Shown here: positions 9,558 to 17,591 of the stretch, piece by piece
Position numbering within the stretch: position 1 is the stretch's first letter
How the letters are laid out: each line of letters begins with the position of its first letter
Virus record (IMG/VR): IMGVR_UViG_3300028923_000001
Span: 1 to 53,409 of that record
Length of the DNA stretch: 53,409 nucleotides
DNA from: a virus
Taxonomy: Duplodnaviria; Caudoviricetes
Direction: 5' to 3' (one strand)
Made by a program: the position numbers and the translations under genes
The notes under the pieces: model-generated
What the model was told of the DNA's origin: nothing
Databases searched by the model: none
The model's input: the letters and a program-made list of their open reading frames with translations, nothing else

Positions 9558-9905
9558 ATGGAAGATCAGACTGACAACCAGAATGAAGCGTTGGCGGGTG
9601 CGCAGGGAGGTCGGCTATCGGCAACATGGAAATATCCAATCTCAGAAGAGGATGCGCAGGAGATCGAGCGCATCTTCTGCCGGATTTATGGGAAGAATCA
9701 GGACCAAATGCTGCGGGTCGAACTGATCAGAGAGGCGGCACGCAAACTTGTCATAACAATCGTGGCAAGCAGCCCGGCTTGCAGTGACCGGACTGCGGCG
9801 ATTCGGAAGGTCCGTGAAGCGATGATGACAGCCATCGCTGCAATCGAAGTTTGGGAACATCCGTTTTACGCGGAAGGAGTGAACGCCCCGGGGCATTTGA
9901 GTTGA
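9558..9905 (+). CDS. Acb2/Tad1 hairpin-domain-like protein
   Basis: IERIF...DQMLRVELIREAARKLVITIVASSPACSDRTAAIRKVREAMMTAIAAI fits the F.YH....Q...y..IR.aAk.la..i....P.s.dr..A..kl.EA.M.anAaI helical-hairpin family. Confidence 0.65.
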   Translation: MEDQTDNQNEALAGAQGGRLSATWKYPISEEDAQEIERIFCRIYGKNQDQMLRVELIREAARKLVITIVASSPACSDRTAAIRKVREAMMTAIAAIEVWEHPFYAEGVNAPGHLS

Positions 9906-10107
9906 GTTATGACGGTGACGGTGGTCTGAGGCTATTCAGAAAGTCGGTAAAACCGGACGTACGCCGGAAGCCACGAACGTGCATGTTAATCAAGAGGAAG
10001 TTTCTGGTGACCTGCATAAGTAGAGGTTGAGCCAAACCGGTCACTGTTGGGCCACCGCACCAGGTTAAATAGAGGCAGGGACGCACGAGCGTCAAAGGAG
10101 TGACGAA

Positions 10108-10920
10108 GTGTTAGTGTACGATGTAGAGACGTTGAGGACTCCAGAAGAGGTTTGTCCGGAGGATCCGGTAAAGGGATGGCAGAATCCGGTGGCAATGGGA
10201 TTTGGTTCGGCAGTGGTCTATGACTACCGGACGGACAGGTACTACTGTTTCATGACGGCGGAACGGCAACAGCTGATCGAAATGCTGTTCGGTCGATTCG
10301 TGGTCAGCTTTAACGGAATCAAGTTCGACAACAGGGTGGCACTTGAAGGCAGGTGCGAAGAAACTCAGGAACTGTCGACGCCGTGGCTGAATTACGATCT
10401 GCTGCTGGAGGTGGTGAGGGCGAAATTCCAGGTGGCCTCGGTACGAGAGGCGGAGTTGCAGTACGGTGCGATGAATGTGCATGACGGCACGATCGGGTTG
10501 GACGGACTGGCGCACGGGACGCTCGGGATGCGCGAGACGGGACACGGGTCGAAATCGCCGCTTTTGATCAGAGAAGGCAAATGGGGCGAACTCTTCGCCT
10601 ATAACCTGCATGACGTCAGGCTGACGCGGAAGTTGCTCGACTTCCTGATGCGGTACGGATATCTGATCGATCGCGGTGGATTCAAGATCGAGATCGAGGT
10701 CCCGGAGTGGGTCAGGAAAGAGTATCTGGGAACGCAGTGCGGTTGTGGGCGCGGAAACGCCGAGGTTCATTGCGGTGGATTATCGACCGCTCGCGCGGGT
10801 CTGGTGCAGTCTGTTCGGGAGATTCAAAGTCCTGGAGTTCCGGAGAAATTCACTTTCGCGGATAGTCCGTCTGAGAGCGGCAATCCCGATTGTGGATTTG
10901 CGGAGGATCTTCAGCCGTGA
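10108..10920 (+). CDS. DEDD / RNase H-like 3'-5' exonuclease (YprB-like)
   Basis: VYDVET, SFNGIKFD, LDGLA..TLG, YNLHDV motifs. Confidence 0.8.
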   Translation: MLVYDVETLRTPEEVCPEDPVKGWQNPVAMGFGSAVVYDYRTDRYYCFMTAERQQLIEMLFGRFVVSFNGIKFDNRVALEGRCEETQELSTPWLNYDLLLEVVRAKFQVASVREAELQYGAMNVHDGTIGLDGLAHGTLGMRETGHGSKSPLLIREGKWGELFAYNLHDVRLTRKLLDFLMRYGYLIDRGGFKIEIEVPEWVRKEYLGTQCGCGRGNAEVHCGGLSTARAGLVQSVREIQSPGVPEKFTFADSPSESGNPDCGFAEDLQP

Positions 10921-11424
10921 AGATCGCGACGTTGAGGAGAGTGGCGCCGGTGCAGGAACCTCCCGATCTGAGGAGGTGGAGTTACTGGTTGACACGGTGT
11001 CGGCGGCATCATGTACCGTACGGCAGGCAGTATGTGACCTGCAGCAGGAAGTGGCGTGAGGCGGCGGTGATGATGGTTGGCGGCTTTCCGGTGCGATTTC
11101 GGATGTTCGTGGCGGACAAGGTGGTGGTGGGATGCTCGAATTACCATCGGGAGCGAGCGCTGAAGAGGGATGATTTGTTGATTCAGATCATCCAGGCGGA
11201 CCGGTGGACGCAGCGGCTTTGCAAGGAAGTGGCGGATTTCACGACTGACTGGCTGGTATTGCGGGATGGTCGGGTCGTGATGGTCGCCGGCGGTCCGGCG
11301 CATACCAGGGATGGTGGCGCCGGATCGTGTTGTTTCAGGCCCGGCGAAGTTGCCGGGATAGCGATGGAGGATAGGAATGGCGTTTGAATTTGCAGACTCA
11401 GTGGTTGCTGAGAGGAGGAATCCA

Positions 11425-11637
11425 ATGGCAGATGATTTGGAGTTTCAGGCGAGCATCGACGGATTTCGCATGGTGCATGTGAAGATCGCGAAGGACGAGT
11501 ACCTGCCCGTCTACAAGATGGTGGTGACGGTGCCGGCGAGTTCGATCAAGGATGTAAACCGGTTGATCGGGCACGTTCGCAACGGCTGTTTCATCACGAT
11601 GGCAGAACATCAGACCGGATTGCCACTGGGTGAGTGA
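11425..11637 (+). CDS. Hypothetical protein
   Basis: GAGGAGG RBS before MADDLEFQAS; coupled to the next gene. Confidence 0.5.
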   Translation: MADDLEFQASIDGFRMVHVKIAKDEYLPVYKMVVTVPASSIKDVNRLIGHVRNGCFITMAEHQTGLPLGE

Positions 11638-12641
11638 TGGCTGACACGAAGATTGAGTGGGCGACGAAGGTCTGGAATCCGGTGACCGGGTGCAAGCGCG
11701 TGAGTCCGGGGTGTGACAATTGCTATGCGATCAGGCAGAGTCATCGGTTTAGTGGGTTCAAGGGGTCGAAGTTTGAGGGAGTGACGAAGAATATCTATAT
11801 GCACGACCAGGTGGTCAACAAGATAGTTCAAGGAGTCGATTGGTCGGGGGTGGTCAGGTGTCACGAGAGGTTGCTTGAGTTGCCATTCGGGTGGGCAAAG
11901 CCGCAGCGGATTTTTGTAAACAGCATGAGCGATCTGTTCCACGATGATGTGCCCGAAGAGTTCATTTTCAAGGTCTGGAAGACGATGCTTCAGAGTCCGG
12001 GGCATACCTACATGATTCTGACCAAGCGGCCGCAACGGATGAAGGTGGTGGTCAAAAAGATAGTGATCTCGATGCGAGATTGGTTGGCCGAACAATATAC
12101 GTCGCTCAGGGCGATTCCTGGCGTGCCGTGGCGGAATGTGTGGCTCGGGGTGAGTTGCGAGAATCAGGCAATGGCGGACCAGCGGATCCCGCATCTGCTG
12201 AATACGCCGGCAGCAGTGAGGTTCGTGAGTTGCGAGCCGATGCTGGGGGGGATTGACTTGAATAAGAGGGAATTGTTGTGCAAGACGTGGTCCGAAGGCG
12301 GTGCCACTATTGGAACGTACCTCGACTGGGTGATTTGTGGTGGTGAATCGGGACCCAAGGCGCGACCGATGCACCCGGATTGGGTGAGGTCGGTACGGGA
12401 TCAGTGCGTGGCTACGAGTGTGCCGTTTTTCTTTAAGCAACATGGGGAATGGTTACATGAGAGCCAGGTGTTCGATAGCGGCTACTCGCTTGACCAATTC
12501 AACGATAAATGCAGATCTGATGGTTTTGCGCGTGTCGGGAAGAAGGTTGCGGGTCGGTTGCTGGATGGTCGGGAGTGGAATGAGTTTCCGCGGCAAGCGG
12601 GCACGTTGCAACGTGCCCCTACGGAGAAGGTGAGAGGATGA
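11634..12641 (+). CDS. Phage Gp37/Gp68 (DUF5131) family protein
   Basis: TKIEW...WNPVTGCKRVSPGCDNCYA, IFVNSMSDLFH, LTKRP, WLGVSCENQ, DWVICGGESG, FFFKQHG, GRLLDGREWNEFP. Confidence 0.93.
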   Translation: MMADTKIEWATKVWNPVTGCKRVSPGCDNCYAIRQSHRFSGFKGSKFEGVTKNIYMHDQVVNKIVQGVDWSGVVRCHERLLELPFGWAKPQRIFVNSMSDLFHDDVPEEFIFKVWKTMLQSPGHTYMILTKRPQRMKVVVKKIVISMRDWLAEQYTSLRAIPGVPWRNVWLGVSCENQAMADQRIPHLLNTPAAVRFVSCEPMLGGIDLNKRELLCKTWSEGGATIGTYLDWVICGGESGPKARPMHPDWVRSVRDQCVATSVPFFFKQHGEWLHESQVFDSGYSLDQFNDKCRSDGFARVGKKVAGRLLDGREWNEFPRQAGTLQRAPTEKVRG

Positions 12642-12777
12642 GCAGAAAAGGTAGAAGCGGAATATGCAAGACGTGCGGTGACGCGTTCAGAGTGCACCGG
12701 CGAGTTTTGCCGGAGAATTGCCCGAGTTGCTGGGCGAAGATCAAGCGGTTGCGCGAGAACACGAAGGGCGCAGCGAA

Positions 12778-13110
12778 ATGAAGTGGTTGCGAGTAGGGAT
12801 CGTGCTGTTCTCGGTTGTCGGGACGGCTGTCTGTCTGGTGATCATCTGGCAGCAGCAGTCGATGATCGTGGAACTCCAGCAGGATATCGATGCGCTGAGG
12901 ATGATGGAAGTCAGGCGCATGGTGATGCTGGATTCGTGCGTGCAGGCGGATTTCGACAGGCACGCGCGGGAGTTTTTCTCAAGGGGACCGTTGGTCGATG
13001 TCGGTTGCGGACTGAAACTTCTGGGACGAGGTGATGCCGTGCTGAGGGTGATGCGACCGGAAAACGAACGCAGAAAAGCCGGTAGATATATCGAATTCGG
13101 AAAGGAGTAG
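12778..13110 (+). CDS. Membrane-anchored hypothetical protein
   Basis: N-terminal TM segment followed by a coiled-coil-like stretch. Confidence 0.5.
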   Translation: MKWLRVGIVLFSVVGTAVCLVIIWQQQSMIVELQQDIDALRMMEVRRMVMLDSCVQADFDRHAREFFSRGPLVDVGCGLKLLGRGDAVLRVMRPENERRKAGRYIEFGKE

Positions 13111-13112
13111 AA

Positions 13113-13475
13113 ATGCACTGTCTCATGCAGGATGACAGGATCCTGATCAAGGTGATCGAGGAAGGGGGCGAATCGAAGACGAGCAGCGGGTTGATCATTC
13201 CGCAGACGGTGGCGCCGCAGAGCCAGGGGTTGACCGGAGTGATCGTTGCGGTGGGGCCGGGGCATCTGGACACCTCGGCTATGATAATCCGACAGTTACC
13301 GATGCCCTATCGCGCCGGGCAGAAGGTGATTGTCAACAAGTACGTCGGCCTGGAGATGCTGATCGAGAGAGAGCGGCATGTCGTGGTGCGCGCAACGGAC
13401 ATAGTGGCACTGGTGGTCGAGGAGGAGGAAGCGGTCACTGAGGTCGCTCCTGCAGAAGTGGCGCGGGAGTGTTGA
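13113..13475 (+). CDS. groES: Co-chaperonin GroES/Cpn10 homologue
   Basis: DRILIK...KTSSGLIIP...GVIVAVGPG...GQKVIVNKYVG...VVRATDIVA. Confidence 0.9.
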   Translation: MHCLMQDDRILIKVIEEGGESKTSSGLIIPQTVAPQSQGLTGVIVAVGPGHLDTSAMIIRQLPMPYRAGQKVIVNKYVGLEMLIERERHVVVRATDIVALVVEEEEAVTEVAPAEVAREC

Positions 13476-13476
13476 A

Positions 13477-13743
13477 GTGAATGTCAGGATACCGGAGGGA
13501 AGAGTTGACAGGTTTGTGGCGGAGGTGCGGAGCAAGCCGGAATGGTATGTCCAGCGGAAGTATAATCCGGAGTGTCAACGCGGGGATCAGATCAGGTTCT
13601 ACGAAGGCGGGAAGTTGGTCGCGACCGCGACGGTGAATCGGGTCGAGGCGCCGGGAGAAAGCGATATCAACAAGATCGACCGGGCGGATGCGGATCGGTG
13701 GATTGTGTGGTTTGCGAGAGAGACGTTTAGGGTGGCGAAGTAG
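13477..13743 (+). CDS. Hypothetical protein, possibly PUA/ASCH-like
   Basis: GDQIRFYEGGKLVATATVNRV pattern; weak. Confidence 0.4.
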   Translation: MNVRIPEGRVDRFVAEVRSKPEWYVQRKYNPECQRGDQIRFYEGGKLVATATVNRVEAPGESDINKIDRADADRWIVWFARETFRVAK

Positions 13744-13751
13744 GAGAAGAC

Positions 13752-14189
13752 ATGCAACGGCGACCAATAATAGTATGCCTGTGTGGCTCTACGCGGTTTA
13801 TGGAAGCATTTTTTGCTGTCGGTTGGACGTTGACGATTGGCGGCCAGATTGTCTTATCCGTGGGTGTGTCCAAACACGCTGACGAAAACGGACACGGAGC
13901 TGAACTGCTGGGTCAAGATATTGCCGACCGAATTGACGAATTACATCTACGAAAAATCGATCTGGCGGATTGGGTACTGGTCTTGGATGTTGGCGGATAT
14001 ATCGGCAAGAGCACGGCCGCGGAAATAAAATACGCAACTAAACTTGGCAAACCGATCGAATATCTCTTCTACAAAAGGGGAGAATCGGCCTGTCGCCCCT
14101 CAGAGCCGCCATCGCGATCCGAATATCCATCCTGGGAGACGTTATGTTTTGCCACAGAAAAGGCAATGAGAGACTGCGAGAGTAGGTAA
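13752..14189 (+). CDS. Nucleoside 2-deoxyribosyltransferase-like (NDT-fold) protein
   Basis: VCLCGSTRF...LHLRKIDLADWVLVLDVGGYIGKSTAAEIKYATKLGKPI. Confidence 0.65.
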   Translation: MQRRPIIVCLCGSTRFMEAFFAVGWTLTIGGQIVLSVGVSKHADENGHGAELLGQDIADRIDELHLRKIDLADWVLVLDVGGYIGKSTAAEIKYATKLGKPIEYLFYKRGESACRPSEPPSRSEYPSWETLCFATEKAMRDCESR

Positions 14190-14190
14190 C

Positions 14191-14991
14191 GTGGCGACGA
14201 CTCCGTACGGTAGGATAGCGCGGAAGACGCATAAGGACCGGAGATTCAAGGCACTGTGCCGCGAAGACCGGGATTTCCTGAAATACGTCTGGTCATGCGA
14301 GGAAGCCGACGGGAGTCCAGGACTGTTTCGGTTGACCATCATGGAGATCGTCGAAACCTGTGAGTGTACCGATCCCGAAACGGTTGAGGCAACGGTATTG
14401 GGAACGGTTATCGCAACGGTTCGGGAACGGTTGAAGAGACTGACGGAACAGGGTTGGATCGAGTACGATTTCGAGGCCAAGATGATGTTTTGTCCGAAAT
14501 GGCACCAGTTCGACCCGCCGGCGAATGGAAATGTGGTGATCGCGATGCTGAATCGGGCTTTGAATTTCCCAGAGACAGGACTCTTCCTCAGCAAGGGCGG
14601 GAAAGTATTGGCCCAAGAGGTAAAGAGGTTTCCAACTCCGCGAGTCTGTGCGGGTCTTCGATCGAGCGGGTCGAATCGGACGGAGTTTTATCGGGTGATG
14701 TTTCCGACACCGAATACCAGCAACTCGACGGGAGCGGGAGAGCACGGAGACGGGGGACTGAACCTACAAACAGCGGTGAAGATGCTGCCAACACCACAGT
14801 CGAGGGATTGGAAGGACACCAGTCAACGAGCGAGTCACGGGAACACGACGGATTGTCTGCCGAATGCAATTGGTGGTCAACTGAACCCGACGTGGGTAGA
14901 GTGGCTAATGGGGTGGCCTTTAGGGTGGACAGACTTAGAGCCCTTGGAAATGGATGGGTTCCGCAAGTGGTTAAGAGAATTCTTGAGGTGA
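14191..14991 (+). CDS. Chimera: phage replication-protein-like N-terminus fused to a C5-methyltransferase beta-chain-like C-terminus
   Basis: N-part DRRFKAL...GLFRL...GWIEYD...PKWHQFDPPANGNV; C-part three PTP repeats and GGQLNPTWVEWLMGWPLGWTD. Confidence 0.6.
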   Translation: MATTPYGRIARKTHKDRRFKALCREDRDFLKYVWSCEEADGSPGLFRLTIMEIVETCECTDPETVEATVLGTVIATVRERLKRLTEQGWIEYDFEAKMMFCPKWHQFDPPANGNVVIAMLNRALNFPETGLFLSKGGKVLAQEVKRFPTPRVCAGLRSSGSNRTEFYRVMFPTPNTSNSTGAGEHGDGGLNLQTAVKMLPTPQSRDWKDTSQRASHGNTTDCLPNAIGGQLNPTWVEWLMGWPLGWTDLEPLEMDGFRKWLREFLR

Positions 14992-15026
14992 GAGAACGTG
15001 GCGACGATGAACATTTTCAGTCATGA
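14590..15026 (+). pseudogene. 3' remnant of a C5 cytosine methyltransferase (alternative frame)
   Basis: Frame 14454-15026 ends WWSTEPDVGRVANGVAFRVDRLRALGNGWVPQV (motif X-like); no FxGxG, PCQ or ENV motifs upstream. Start coordinate approximate. Confidence 0.65.
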
Positions 15027-15342
15027 CTTGAAGGATCGGATGTTGACGTGGCTGCTGCAGGGAGACACGGGGTGTAGCAGCATGACAATCTTGGCAGTGG
15101 CTCTTGAGCTAGAGCCGAGGCATCAATTTGAACCGGCTGATTCCGCTGACTTCGGAAGGTGTCGTGAGCTTCTAAGGCAGTGCCCGGAGCTGACTGTCTA
15201 TTTGCCGGAGGTGGCTTCGAGATATCCACGATGGTTGGGTATCGTGGCGAGATGGAAAGACCTCACTGGTTTGTACGACAATGGAAGATTTGCCGATGTT
15301 ACGACGATGATTCGTGAAGTTAGAAATTGGCGAGGATTTTAG
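14998..15342 (+). CDS. Phage-type hypothetical protein
   Basis: WLLQGDTGCSS...PADSADFGRC..LL...PE...W....W..L pattern I recognise from phage hypotheticals. Confidence 0.55.
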   Translation: MATMNIFSHDLKDRMLTWLLQGDTGCSSMTILAVALELEPRHQFEPADSADFGRCRELLRQCPELTVYLPEVASRYPRWLGIVARWKDLTGLYDNGRFADVTTMIREVRNWRGF

Positions 15343-16367
15343 TGCCGACGATTAACATTGATTTGGGATGGCCGAGGCATCGCAAGACAAAGCGATTGAT
15401 CGCGCTGGCGGGTCCACAGGCGCCGTTTTGCCTGGTCACGCTCTGGTGCTATGCCGGTGAGTACCACAAGAAGGATGGTGCGCTCGGTTGCTACACTCCC
15501 GAAGAGATTGAATCGTTGGCAGGTTGGACAGGCAAGAAAGGTAAGTTCTGCCAGGCGTTGCTTGACTCAGGATACCTCGATTCGGGAACCATGAAACTGC
15601 ACGACTGGGAGGATCATGAAGGACATCTTCAAGTGTACGCGGAGAAGGTCGTGAAGATGAACATGGCGAGACTCTCCAAGATATCCTCACAAGGAGTTCG
15701 TGTAGAGCGTCTACAAGACACTCGTCAAGAGTTTCTACAAGACGCTCTACAAGAGGTCTCACAAGAGCATCGTGTAGAGCCTCTACATGAGCCTCCAGTT
15801 CAGAGCAGTTCAGAGCAGTTCAGTTCAGAGCAGAAATCTGCAGAGCGAAGGTCAGAGAAAATGTTAACCAGTTCAACGGCTTCGCCCTCGACGCCTGCGG
15901 CCTCTGCGCTGCGCGCGGTGGAAGAAAGTGAACGGGCGCAGCATGCTGCGCCCCTACGCGAGAACGATACGGCGGCCGCAGAGACGTGCGCCCCCAGGGA
16001 AAGGACCTCTGGTGGGAATGAAGCCAGAGCGGAAGGGCAGATCAGATACGAGGTTCGAATGGAGATGCTGACGACCTACCTGATGGACCATTGCAAGATC
16101 GGTCGGAACGGGAATCGGACCCCGGGAGTGGTGGCGAAGTTTCGGGAACAGGCCGGGCGGTTCGAGAAGTTGCTCAGGGATCGCAGTAAGCAACTTGGCA
16201 GCTTGACGGATCGGGAATTGGTGGCGGCGGCGAAGGTGGCATTTGCGAAGGCAGGAAGTCTTGACAGGATCGGGGCGTTTGTGACGGTTCTGTGCAAGGC
16301 AGGAGAGTCGGCGCAAGTGATGGAGATCGCGCAGACGGCGAGGAAGATAGTCTCAAGGGAAAGGTAG
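15342..16367 (+). CDS. Phage replication initiator-like protein
   Basis: HRKTKRL...LVTLWCYA...DG.L....EEIE..AGW.G....F..AL...GYLD...LHDWEDH N-domain, followed by an internal repeat tract. Confidence 0.7.
   Translation: MPTINIDLGWPRHRKTKRLIALAGPQAPFCLVTLWCYAGEYHKKDGALGCYTPEEIESLAGWTGKKGKFCQALLDSGYLDSGTMKLHDWEDHEGHLQVYAEKVVKMNMARLSKISSQGVRVERLQDTRQEFLQDALQEVSQEHRVEPLHEPPVQSSSEQFSSEQKSAERRSEKMLTSSTASPSTPAASALRAVEESERAQHAAPLRENDTAAAETCAPRERTSGGNEARAEGQIRYEVRMEMLTTYLMDHCKIGRNGNRTPGVVAKFREQAGRFEKLLRDRSKQLGSLTDRELVAAAKVAFAKAGSLDRIGAFVTVLCKAGESAQVMEIAQTARKIVSRER
15698..15833 (+). repeat. Iteron-like repeat tract; putative replication origin
   Basis: CAAGA at 15714, 15726, 15738, 15750, 15762; TCGTGTAGAGC(G/C)TCTACA at 15698 and 15770; tandem CAGTTCAGAG at 15796-15830. 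Confidence 0.65.
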
Positions 16368-16375
16368 AAGACGTA

Positions 16376-16621
16376 ATGCCGAGACGGTCTGAAGTGGTTA
16401 ATATGCTTGACAGGGGAGAATTGCCGCTGTCGATAGCCAAACTCAAGGAATTACGTGCTGAGGTACACGCAACGGACGTGCAGTTGGTCAGGTTTATGCA
16501 GGCGAAGGCGATAGACAGGCCATCATCCGTAGAAATGGCATTGCTGCGATCAGAGAGGCAGACCAACTACGCGATCATGTTGTTGCTCGAGGAGCGAATC
16601 GCGATGCAGGAAGGATTATGA
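16376..16621 (+). CDS. Hypothetical protein
   Basis: Continues operon; ATGA overlap with the next ORF. Confidence 0.45.
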   Translation: MPRRSEVVNMLDRGELPLSIAKLKELRAEVHATDVQLVRFMQAKAIDRPSSVEMALLRSERQTNYAIMLLLEERIAMQEGL

Positions 16622-16911
16622 TGATTGAAGAAAGAACATGCCCCAAATGCAATCATCGTGTCTGGTTAGACGGCAAGATCAACGAGAGAACGTGCCCCCA
16701 ATGTGGGATAGGATTGGTCAGAGGAAAAAGACATAAACGATCACAGGCTATCATTCATGGCATCGCCGTAACCGCGGGAGTTATTCTCGGAGTTTGGATA
16801 CTGGTCACGGCGATTATGTGGTTAATGCCATTAGACGGGGAACCTACGCTCCGGGAGGTTCTTCAATCACAGTGGAAATGGGTGAGCGGACTTACGAGGA
16901 GATTGTGGTAG
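16618..16911 (+). CDS. Zn-ribbon membrane protein
   Basis: CPKC...CPQC followed by a TM segment. Confidence 0.55.
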   Translation: MMIEERTCPKCNHRVWLDGKINERTCPQCGIGLVRGKRHKRSQAIIHGIAVTAGVILGVWILVTAIMWLMPLDGEPTLREVLQSQWKWVSGLTRRLW

Positions 16912-17012
16912 TGCCGAAAAGTGAACGGCTGCTGGCGCGGTTTGAAATCTGGCGGGCGGTAGTTTGTGGGCGCAAAATTGTTTGACTGGGTTTGACGGAA
17001 AGTGGTGGAAAT

Positions 17013-17591
17013 ATGGCACTAAAGAAATTGGATGAGGCGCAGCAAAACTTTGTGCGCAAGTGTCTTGCGGTAGGATGGAGTCCGAAGCGGATCATCCAAT
17101 CCGTCAAACAACGGTTTGAAATCACGATCACAAAGCAGAACGTCTCGCATTACGCCAAAGATATCGAGGGGATCAGGGAGTTGCGACGGGAGATTAGAGA
17201 CGATCTGGAAGAGAATTTTCCGATTGCTTGTGTCGAGGCGAGACTGGCCGAATTACAGGATCTACTGGAGAAGGCAGACGATATCGGGGAATTGGATATC
17301 GAATCTTACCTTATCCGTCTTAATGGAATGGATGATAACCAGAAGGAACAAGCGGGGTTACTTCTGGAGTTGGCACGGGATATTGCATCGAAGCCAAAGG
17401 ATATGATTCTGGCCAAGTGCAAGGTAATTCAGCTTGCCAAACAGGAAGTGGCACCGCTTGAGATTGAAGTCAAGGACAAACGAAAGCCCAAGGCGGTAAA
17501 TCTTCGCGGAGTACCGCCAGAGAAGCTACGTAGCTTGATGTCTAACATTGACCAACTTAGAAAGATAGCCGAGAAGAAGGGTCGTCGGTGA
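17013..17591 (+). CDS. Putative terminase small subunit (DUF2280-like)
   Basis: FVRKCLA...SPKRIIQSVKQRFEITITKQNVSHY...PIACVEARLAELQ; directly upstream of TerL. Confidence 0.65.
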   Translation: MALKKLDEAQQNFVRKCLAVGWSPKRIIQSVKQRFEITITKQNVSHYAKDIEGIRELRREIRDDLEENFPIACVEARLAELQDLLEKADDIGELDIESYLIRLNGMDDNQKEQAGLLLELARDIASKPKDMILAKCKVIQLAKQEVAPLEIEVKDKRKPKAVNLRGVPPEKLRSLMSNIDQLRKIAEKKGRR

